A stretch of 32,000 bases of DNA from Horticoccus luteus (GTDB lineage Bacteria > Verrucomicrobiota > Verrucomicrobiia > Opitutales > Opitutaceae): the NCBI RefSeq assembly GCF_019464535.1, contig NZ_CP080507.1, positions 2,010,001-2,042,000 on the forward strand. The letters are read 5' to 3'. Each line of letters starts with the position of its first letter. The stretch's first letter is position 1. The notes under the pieces were generated by a model, which was given only the letters and a program-made list of their open reading frames with translations, did not search any database and was not told the DNA's origin. This document shows positions 25,560 to 32,000 of this stretch, in pieces. The translations under genes were made by a program, and so were the position numbers.

Positions 25560-25838
25560 TCAGGAGCGGATCGTAAACCCGCGAAATTGCGGCGCGCGTC
25601 GGCCCGCGGTGCGCTCCACTTTCCGGATGAAACCATGCATGCGGTCGCCCACCGCTTCGATGAACGCGTTTACTTCCTCCGTCCGGCCTTCGACTTCCAC
25701 CTGCACCCGGCCATCCGGAAGGTTGGCGACGGAGCCAGCCACATCGAATTCCTTGGCCACTTGGGAGGTCGCGTAGCGGAAGCCCACGCCCTGCACCCGG
25801 CCGTTGAAAAATACCACCTCGTAATGCACGTCGCTCAT
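25560..25838 (-). CDS. acyP: Acylphosphatase
   Basis: The 92-aa protein from ATG 25836-25838 has the acylphosphatase signature (FFNGRVQGVGFRYAT) and a second motif (GSVANLPDGRVQVEVEG). Confidence 0.85.
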   Translation of the reverse strand: MSDVHYEVVFFNGRVQGVGFRYATSQVAKEFDVAGSVANLPDGRVQVEVEGRTEEVNAFIEAVGDRMHGFIRKVERTAGRRAPQFRGFTIRS

Positions 25839-25951
25839 GCCAGAAACCGCCACGCTGGTGAGCGTTGCGCAGCGATTCAATCCGCAATCCCTGCCCGCCC
25901 GGTCTTTTCATTTGCTTTACCACCCGGCCCGCACTCAGTTCTGCCCATCAC

Positions 25952-26638
25952 ATGAAGGATTTCGATTCTGACGGCCTCTCGGACAACGAGTGGGAAGACC
26001 GCGGTGATCTTGCCTGGAACGAGTTTGATTGGGAGAAATACCTCCGCGACCAAGACGAAAACATCCTGCGGTATCTCGCTTACTACGACACCTTTAAAGA
26101 CAGCCCCGAGCGCATCGACGAAATCGCCGATCGCATGGGCTGGGATCGCGCGGCCACGTCGGCCACCGGCGGCATTGCCGATGACGATGACGACGATGAT
26201 GACGACGACTCCGACGACGAGCCGGACGACGTTTACACGCTGCACAAAAACCCGATCTACATCGCCACCAAGGCGCTCTATTTGAGCCTCCGTCGGCAGT
26301 GGTTGGTGTTGACCGCCCACCGCGAGAACTCCGGCTCTGCCGCCTCCCTGCCTTACCTCGACGCCCTGCATCGCGGCGAAGAAGTGGCCATGCAAGCGAT
26401 TCACGCCCTCGACTTTGGCGATTATGCCATGGCCGTCGCGCTCTTCAAACGCGCGCTCCGGGCTTGGAATCAGTCGCTCTCGCTCCTCGATCGCACCGCC
26501 ACCGACCAGTCGCTCGCCCTCGGCCCTTACCGCGAGGACGCCCGGCAACGCCTTTTCGATCTGCGCGAGATCTGGCTCCGCGTCATCTCTGAGTGCCGCA
26601 CGGAACTCGATCGTCCGATCGACGAGGAAAACAGCTAA
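25952..26638 (+). CDS. Acidic hypothetical protein with a poly-Asp tract
   Basis: ATG 25952: MKDFDSDGLSDNEWEDRGDLAWNEFDWEKYLRDQDENILRYLAYY... It has a run of ten Asp (26180-26209) followed by SDDEPDD, then a helical C-terminal half. It is divergent from acyP across 113 bp. I recognise no family. Confidence 0.6.
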   Translation: MKDFDSDGLSDNEWEDRGDLAWNEFDWEKYLRDQDENILRYLAYYDTFKDSPERIDEIADRMGWDRAATSATGGIADDDDDDDDDDSDDEPDDVYTLHKNPIYIATKALYLSLRRQWLVLTAHRENSGSAASLPYLDALHRGEEVAMQAIHALDFGDYAMAVALFKRALRAWNQSLSLLDRTATDQSLALGPYREDARQRLFDLREIWLRVISECRTELDRPIDEENS

Positions 26639-26664
26639 GTTCGCGCGGCCCGCGGGTGGCGGGT

Positions 26665-26684
26665 GGCGTTCGCCTCTGAACGCC
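26665..26684. terminator. Hairpin between convergent genes (weak terminator candidate, no U-tract)
   Basis: GGCGTTC-gcctct-GAACGCC forms a perfect 7-bp stem. It sits between the stop of the acidic protein gene (26638) and the yitJ-like stop (26693). Confidence 0.3.
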
Positions 26685-26692
26685 CTTCCGCC

Positions 26693-28612
26693 TCAACCAA
26701 GTCCGGCGCGGAGCACGTCGACGACGCCTGCGCCCACGGCGGTCGACATCACGTAAACACCCGCCCAGCCCTCCCGCACGAGGTCGCGGATTTGGCCGGC
26801 GGCGATCTCCTGGCCCAGCTTCGTTTGGTCTGCCACCTGCGGCAACGCCGCAAAACGCTCCAACAGCGCGTCCGGCACCACGACGCCCGGCACTTGCGCC
26901 ATGCGCTGCGCATGCTCGTAACTCGTTAAAATCATCACGCCGACGAGACAGCGCGTCTGTCCGCGAAACGCGTCCAGCACACCCAGCGGCCCCGCGTGAA
27001 AAACCGGCTGCGTCATGATGTAATCGACGCCGCCCTCGATCTTCTGCTGCAACCGCTCCACCTCGCGCGCGAGGTTGCGCGCCTCCGGCTCGAAACCGGA
27101 TCCGATTGTGAAATGGGTCCGCGGATCCGCGTGCCGGCCCAACGGCTGACCGCCGAAATCGACGCCCGCGTTCAACCCTCGATGCGTGAGCCGGATCATC
27201 GCGACCGAATCCAAATCGAACACCGCCGTCGACCGCGGATAAGTGGGCGACATTTTGGGCGGATCCCCGGTCACGAACAACACGTTGTGGATGCGGTTGG
27301 CGTGATATCCGATCAGCCGTCCTTGCACGCCCATCACGTTCAAGTCGCGCCCCGTGAAATGCGGGATCATCTCCAACGCATCGCCCGTCGCCGCCGTCCA
27401 GCCCAGCCGTTCGCGCACGAGCTGGATGAAGTCCCCCGGCGGCACGAGCGGGATGCCGCGCGATCCATCCGTAAAATCGACCGCGTCCACGAGTCCGCTC
27501 GCCGCGAGTTGCGCCACAAATTCGACTTTGCGCTCCACCACGCCGCCATCCGTTCCCCGCGGAGGCAACGCCTCGATGCTCACCACGAATCCCCCCGCCT
27601 TCAGCTTGAGCGAAAACCGGCCGTTGCCGCGCTTTTCCTCATCGCCCGCCGGTGCGCGCGCAGGTGTTTCCGCGCGGCTGACCGCCGTGGCCGGTGCCGT
27701 CGTCTGCCGCGACTGCAGGTAGTTGCGCATCTCCTCGATGTGCGGCGGATGCATTTCGCAACATCCCCCGATCAAACGCACGCCGCGCTCGAACAACGTC
27801 CGCGCCATCTTCCCCGCCGCCTCCGGATTCACCGTCGTCATCAAACGACTACCGATCCGCTGGAAACCGCCCGCGTTCGGCATCACCGCGAGCAGCAACG
27901 TCCCCTGGCGCACCACGGGCTCGTCCTTCACCGCGTCGACAAACGCACTCGCATCCCACGGCGCGCAGCAATTCACGCCGGCGATCGCCACCCCGAGTTC
28001 CGCCATGCGGCGCACCCACGCCACAGGTTCCGGGTCCAGCCCCGTGCCGCTCACCCCACCGCGCAACGTCACCTGCGCAATCACGAGCGGCGGCTGTGGC
28101 CACATGCGCACGCGCGCGAGCACCAGTTCCAACTGCGCCGGCGAAGAAAACGTTTCCAGCAACAACGCGTCCGCGCCCGCCTCCACCAAGGCCGCGATCT
28201 GCTCATGGTAACACTCGGCCGCCTCCATCGCGTTCGCCAACGGTTCCGCCGTCGGCCCGATCGAAGCCAGCACGAAAAACGGCCCCGCTTCGCGGTGACG
28301 CTCCTGATGCTCCGCGATCGCCTCCCGCGCGCGCCGCACACCCGCGCGATTGATTTCCGCCACCCGCGCCTCGATCCCAAACGGCCGCAACTGCCACCGG
28401 TTCGCCCCAAACGTGTTCGTTTTCACACACCGGGCGCCCGCCGCGAGGTAGTCGAGATGCACCCGCCGGATCAGCTCCGGCTGATCCACGTTGAACGCCT
28501 CGTAAACGTGATTCGTTTCCGACAGCCGACCGGTCCGCTTGAAAAGCAACGATCCCATCGCGCCATCAGTGAGCAGCGCCTGCGTGCGGAGCGTGGAGAG
28601 AAGATCGGCCAT
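26693..28612 (-). CDS. yitJ: Bifunctional homocysteine S-methyltransferase / 5,10-methylenetetrahydrofolate reductase (YitJ-type)
   Basis: From ATG 28610-28612: MADLLSTLRTQALLTDGAMGSLLF. The N-terminal domain is homocysteine-binding (LETFSS, GVNCC, GGCCE Zn-ligand cysteines). The C-terminal MTHFR-like domain has VSIEALPPRG, IPHFTGRD, NVLFVTGDPP and DYIMTQPVF. At 639 aa the architecture matches B. subtilis YitJ as I know it. Confidence 0.85.
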   Translation of the reverse strand: MADLLSTLRTQALLTDGAMGSLLFKRTGRLSETNHVYEAFNVDQPELIRRVHLDYLAAGARCVKTNTFGANRWQLRPFGIEARVAEINRAGVRRAREAIAEHQERHREAGPFFVLASIGPTAEPLANAMEAAECYHEQIAALVEAGADALLLETFSSPAQLELVLARVRMWPQPPLVIAQVTLRGGVSGTGLDPEPVAWVRRMAELGVAIAGVNCCAPWDASAFVDAVKDEPVVRQGTLLLAVMPNAGGFQRIGSRLMTTVNPEAAGKMARTLFERGVRLIGGCCEMHPPHIEEMRNYLQSRQTTAPATAVSRAETPARAPAGDEEKRGNGRFSLKLKAGGFVVSIEALPPRGTDGGVVERKVEFVAQLAASGLVDAVDFTDGSRGIPLVPPGDFIQLVRERLGWTAATGDALEMIPHFTGRDLNVMGVQGRLIGYHANRIHNVLFVTGDPPKMSPTYPRSTAVFDLDSVAMIRLTHRGLNAGVDFGGQPLGRHADPRTHFTIGSGFEPEARNLAREVERLQQKIEGGVDYIMTQPVFHAGPLGVLDAFRGQTRCLVGVMILTSYEHAQRMAQVPGVVVPDALLERFAALPQVADQTKLGQEIAAGQIRDLVREGWAGVYVMSTAVGAGVVDVLRAGLG

Positions 28613-28751
28613 AACGCGTTCGTTGTGATGATGCCGTGCACCAAAGTCAAAGACGCCCACCGTCACGCGCACCCTCCGCGATTTTCCTGGCCGCGCCGCG
28701 CGCGCTAAACGCCGTCGTTTGGCGTCTGCCACGCGCTGCCAATGCGCTGAA

Positions 28752-28780
28752 GAATCCCCGGCCAACATTACCGGGGAATC
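28752..28780. promoter_or_regulatory. Imperfect 10-bp inverted repeat in the yitJ / response-regulator divergent spacer
   Basis: GAATCCCCGG-ccaacatta-CCGGGGAATC has 9 of 10 positions complementary. On the minus-strand transcript the element can alternatively fold as GGGG-att-CCCC. Its function is unknown; it could be an operator or a leader RNA hairpin. Confidence 0.3.
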
Positions 28781-28867
28781 CCCTATCACATCTCTCTGGA
28801 CCGTCCCGTGACCTGCGGCAAAGTCCACATCCGTCGCCACCCCTGCTTTTTGCGGGACCGAAATGAC

Positions 28868-29338
28868 ATGTCGTCCCGCCATCGCCCTCCTCTCGTCCTT
28901 TTAATCGAAGATTCCGACGACGATGTGTTCTTCTTCCGACACGGTCTCGGCAAGACAGGGCTGAACTACCAACTCACCCATTTGGCCGACGGCGCGATGG
29001 CGCTCGCTCACCTCGAACGCGCCCTCGCGTCGCCTCCCGATCCTGAGCACCCGTGGCCCGATCTCGTGTTTCTCGATCTGAAATTGCCCGCCTTCAGCGG
29101 ATTCGAAATTTTGCGCTGGCTGCGGGACCGCCCGCACGCCGCCACCCTCGATGTGGCCGTCCTCAGCGGATCCGAGCATCCTTCCGATATCGAGCGCGCG
29201 ATGGCGCTTGGCGCCAGCGATTATCTGGTGAAGCCGATCTCGCCCGCCATCCTCCGCTCGCGTCTCCAACGCTGGAATGAGCGCACCCACGGCGCCGCGC
29301 CCGATGCGCCGCCCACGCCAAGCGGTCCGGGCATATGA
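28868..29338 (+). CDS. Single-domain response regulator (CheY-like receiver)
   Basis: From ATG 28868: MSSRHRPPLVLLIEDSDDDVFFF (acidic pocket), DLVFLDLKLP (phospho-acceptor Asp), VAVLSGS and DYLVKP (conserved Lys). Its stop overlaps the cheA start (ATGA). Confidence 0.9.
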   Translation: MSSRHRPPLVLLIEDSDDDVFFFRHGLGKTGLNYQLTHLADGAMALAHLERALASPPDPEHPWPDLVFLDLKLPAFSGFEILRWLRDRPHAATLDVAVLSGSEHPSDIERAMALGASDYLVKPISPAILRSRLQRWNERTHGAAPDAPPTPSGPGI

Positions 29339-31320
29339 GCTCCGACTTCTCGCCGGAACTGCAAGCCGAGTTGCTCAACGACTTTTACGCCGAAGCCGAC
29401 GAGCACCTCGCCAACCTGCGCGCGCAACTCTTGATTCTCGAGGGTACCGTCGGGGAGACCACGCCGCCGCCCGCCGTGCTCGAAAGTCTTTTCCGCAGCG
29501 CTCATTCGTTCAAAGGCATCTCCGCGATGGTCGGCCTCCACCACGCCGAGCAACTCGCGCACGCCGCCGAAGGCTTTCTCCGCCAACTCACCCACGGCGA
29601 ACGCAGCGTCGATTCCGCCGGCGTCGAACGGCTCGTCGGCGTCACCCAGCGGCTCGAGCAAATGGTGGCGGCTCACCGCCTGCACCAACCGCCGCCCGCC
29701 GCCGCCGATCTGCTCGGCCAACTCGCCGCTGTCGCCGCTTCGCCGGCGCCTGCCCGCAAGTCCTCCTCCGCCGCTCCTGCCGCCCCCGCTTCCGTGGCGC
29801 CTCCGCCCATCGAAGCCGCCGCGCTGGCCGCCCGGGGCCTGCAACCGTGGCACGTCACCTTCGTTCCCTCGCGCGAGCTTGATGGCCGCGGTATTAACAT
29901 CAACTCCGTTCGCGCCCGCCTCGCCGCCGCCGGAGAAATCGCCAGCGCCACGCCCCGCGTGCGACCCGAAGGCGGCATCGCCTTCGATTTTCTTGTCGGC
30001 CTGCGCCAGCCGCCCGCCGATCTCGCCACGTGGTCAAACGACGGCTTGACCCTCCACGTCGTCGACCTCCCGGCCGCGCCCGCCCATCCACCGGTGCCGG
30101 CCGAAGGCGCCGACGCCTCCAGCCTTTTCGTCGCCCCTTCCCACGTCGTCCGCGTGGAACTCAGCCGCCTCGACGAACTCATGCAACTCGCCGGCGAGCT
30201 CGTGATTCAACGCTCCCGCCTTGAAGAACGTCTCAACCAGTTCAGCGGCGACCTCTCCGGCCTCAAGGAAGTCAACCAGACGATGACGCGCTCGCTGCGC
30301 CGCTTGCGTCGCGCCCTCACGCGCGTGCGGCTCGTGCCCGTCGCCGAAATCTTTTCCCGCATGCCCTTCGTCGTGCGCGATCTCGCCCGCGAGAGCGGCG
30401 TCCAGGTGCGTCTCGCGCTGGAGGGCCAGCAAACCGAAATCGACAAATATCTCGTCGAACGCCTGAAGGAGCCGCTCCTCCACCTCGTGCGCAACGCCTT
30501 CAGCCACGGCGTCGAACTTCCCGCCGAGCGCATCGCCGCCGGCAAACCCGCCCAGGCCACGATCACGTTGCGCGCGACCACAGCCGGCGAATTCGTGGTC
30601 CTCGAGATTCGCGATGATGGCCGCGGCATCGACTCCGCGCGCGTCGCCGACCGCGCTCGCGCGCTCGGTCTCGCGGTCCCCGCTGCGCTCGACGACGCCG
30701 CTCTGCTTTCACTCCTTTGCACGCCCGGCTTTTCCACGCGGGAGGAGGCCGACCGCGCCTCCGGCCGCGGCGTGGGCATGGCCGTCGTCCACCAAACCGT
30801 CCGCGAACTCGGAGGCACCCTTGCTTTCACCTCCACGCCCGGCGCGGGCACGTGTTTCGCGTTGCGGCTGCCGCTCACCCTTTCCATTGCGGAAACGTTC
30901 GTCGTCTCGGTCGGCGAACAACTCTGTGCCGTGCCCCAGGGCTTCGTGGAAGAAGTGATCGAGGTCACGGAAACGGAGGTGCGCGCCATCCAGCAAGCCG
31001 AGGTTGTGCCGTATCGCGATGGCGTCCTGCCCATCGTGCGCCTGCGCGCGTTGTTCCGCGTGGCCAAATCTCCGCAGCCGCGACTCGCCGTGCTGGTGCT
31101 CAACTCCGAGCGGGGTTCCACCGGCCTGCTCGTCGATCGCGTGCACGCTCAACGCGAGGTCGTCGTCCGCCCCATGCACGATCCGCTCGTCCAAGTCCCC
31201 GGAATCGCCGGCGCCACCGAACTGGGCGACGGTCGTCCCGTCCTCATCCTCGACGTCGCCGCTCTCACGCAAGGCGCCGTCCGCCCGCGCCCCGCGGTCG
31301 CCGCCGCAACCGCCTCCTGA
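29335..31320 (+). CDS. cheA: Chemotaxis histidine kinase CheA
   Basis: It has an HPt domain with phospho-His (FRSAHSFKGISAMVGL) and a dimerisation region (VRVELSRLDELMQLAGELV). The kinase core has an N box (HLVRNAFSHGVE), G1 (IRDDGRGID) and G2 (SGRGVGMAVV). A C-terminal CheW-like domain (LCAVPQGFVEEV...) is present. Confidence 0.95.
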   Translation: MSSDFSPELQAELLNDFYAEADEHLANLRAQLLILEGTVGETTPPPAVLESLFRSAHSFKGISAMVGLHHAEQLAHAAEGFLRQLTHGERSVDSAGVERLVGVTQRLEQMVAAHRLHQPPPAAADLLGQLAAVAASPAPARKSSSAAPAAPASVAPPPIEAAALAARGLQPWHVTFVPSRELDGRGININSVRARLAAAGEIASATPRVRPEGGIAFDFLVGLRQPPADLATWSNDGLTLHVVDLPAAPAHPPVPAEGADASSLFVAPSHVVRVELSRLDELMQLAGELVIQRSRLEERLNQFSGDLSGLKEVNQTMTRSLRRLRRALTRVRLVPVAEIFSRMPFVVRDLARESGVQVRLALEGQQTEIDKYLVERLKEPLLHLVRNAFSHGVELPAERIAAGKPAQATITLRATTAGEFVVLEIRDDGRGIDSARVADRARALGLAVPAALDDAALLSLLCTPGFSTREEADRASGRGVGMAVVHQTVRELGGTLAFTSTPGAGTCFALRLPLTLSIAETFVVSVGEQLCAVPQGFVEEVIEVTETEVRAIQQAEVVPYRDGVLPIVRLRALFRVAKSPQPRLAVLVLNSERGSTGLLVDRVHAQREVVVRPMHDPLVQVPGIAGATELGDGRPVLILDVAALTQGAVRPRPAVAAATAS

Positions 31321-31337
31321 ATTTCGCCGCTTCCGCC

Positions 31338-31811
31338 ATGAGCCTCACCGACGCCTATATTGTCTTCGAACTCGCCGGTTCCGCCTATGGGCTGCGCAGC
31401 GAGGATGTGCAGCACATCGACTTGCTGGAGCACATCACCCGCGTGCCCAACACCGCCCCCGCCGTCGACGGCGTTGTGTTTGCGCGAGGCGACGTCGTGC
31501 CCGCCATCGACCTGCGCACCCGTTTCGGCTTGCCGCGGCAGGCGCCCACGCCCGCCACCCGCTTGATTTTCCTGCGCACGCAACAGCGGGTCGTCGCCCT
31601 CATCGTCGATGCCGCCCGCGTTTTCCAACGCATCCCGCGCGAGGCCATCCGCCCGGTCGAGGACACGCTCCACGGCGTCGAGGGCAACTACGTGCGCGGC
31701 GTGGCCACGGTAAAGGGCCGGCTTGTCCTCCTGCTCGATGTCGCCGCCGTCCTGCGCGTCGACGAAATCGCCCTCCCGCCCGGCGCCGCCGCTTTGCAAC
31801 CCGCCCGCTGA
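31338..31811 (+). CDS. cheW: Chemotaxis coupling protein CheW
   Basis: From ATG 31338: MSLTDAYIVFELAGSAYGLRSEDVQHI...VPNTAPAVDGVVFARGDVVPAIDLRTRFGL...ALIVDA. This is the typical CheW domain, 157 aa long. Confidence 0.9.
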   Translation: MSLTDAYIVFELAGSAYGLRSEDVQHIDLLEHITRVPNTAPAVDGVVFARGDVVPAIDLRTRFGLPRQAPTPATRLIFLRTQQRVVALIVDAARVFQRIPREAIRPVEDTLHGVEGNYVRGVATVKGRLVLLLDVAAVLRVDEIALPPGAAALQPAR

Positions 31812-31838
31812 GACCACTTCCGCTCAACCCACCGCTCC

Positions 31839-32000
31839 CATGTCCAAATCCAAGAACGGCTCCGCCTCCTCCGCCCCTTCGTCCACCACCTCCGCGCCCA
31901 CGTCCGCCGACGAACGCGCGCTCCTGCCCGCCCGCGCTTCCGACGACGATGCGCAGCCAGTCGGTTCGCTCGATGCCGTTGTCGGCAGCGTCACCGCGAT
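31839..32000 (+). CDS. 5' end of an unidentified ORF running off the window (next gene of the che cluster; possibly a chemoreceptor or other Che component)
   Basis: ATG 31839 opens a frame with no stop to the window end and strongly G/C-biased third positions (MSKSKNGSASSAPSSTTSAPTSADERALLPARASDDDAQPVGSLDAVVGSVTA). It starts 27 nt after cheW. Identity cannot be determined from 54 low-complexity residues. Confidence 0.35.

Noticed and set aside
26180-26222. GAT/GAC-rich stretch as a possible microsatellite or repeat element
   Set aside because: It is in frame within a plausible ORF, uses mixed codons, and encodes an Asp run. It is treated as coding low complexity rather than a DNA repeat element.
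26996-28708. 570-aa ORF antisense to the yitJ-like gene
   Set aside because: It is R/H/P-rich nonsense nested in a gene with clear homocysteine-methyltransferase and MTHFR motifs.
28613-28867. SAM-I, cobalamin or SAH riboswitch in the yitJ leader
   Set aside because: AGAGAG...AGGGGA...CCCCGG strings gave a first impression of an S-box or B12 element. The defining cores are absent: GCAACC and GGUGCUAA for SAM-I; CCCGC-ACUGU and the B12 box for cobalamin; GAGGAGCGCUGC...AACGGCGCUC for SAH. It is kept only as an unexplained leader (see findings).

Overview
GC-rich bacterial chromosomal segment. The gene content suggests a Verrucomicrobia/PVC-type (Opitutales-like) genome: a GxGYxYP-family protein, an HUH-transposase/DnaA_C-like fusion and a Phe-terminated beta-barrel OMP. 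That assignment is inference only. I can support about 30 protein-coding genes, and most are housekeeping. They are a partial M50 site-2 protease, ispH, an OMP, a hotdog thioesterase, a GreA/GreB-like factor, TonB, glgB, ppc, an lptD-like gene, an rsmB-like methyltransferase, scpA, trxA, menA, a GxGYxYP protein, an acyP/ABC-transporter operon, a yitJ-type homocysteine methyltransferase/MTHFR fusion, and a response regulator-cheA-cheW module. I saw no rRNA, tRNA or CRISPR array by eye, and no convincing multi-gene defence or otherwise novel system. Six things are worth a second look. (1) A CelD-like GNAT remnant lies in the same frame as a long N-terminal extension of ispH, separated only by two TGA codons. 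(2) A head-to-head pair of truncated genes (LysR regulator and alpha/beta hydrolase) looks like one deletion scar. (3) A solo RayT-like HUH transposase gene is flanked by imperfect direct repeats, has a perfect 19-bp tandem duplication across its stop codon, and is followed by 363 bp with no convincing ORF. (4) An 83-aa ORF is translationally coupled to scpA where scpB would be expected. (5) A very tightly packed acyP-ABC-TPR-like operon has an unknown substrate. (6) A long yitJ leader has no recognisable S-box. The many long antisense or alternate-frame ORFs in the track are typical high-GC artefacts and are rejected.
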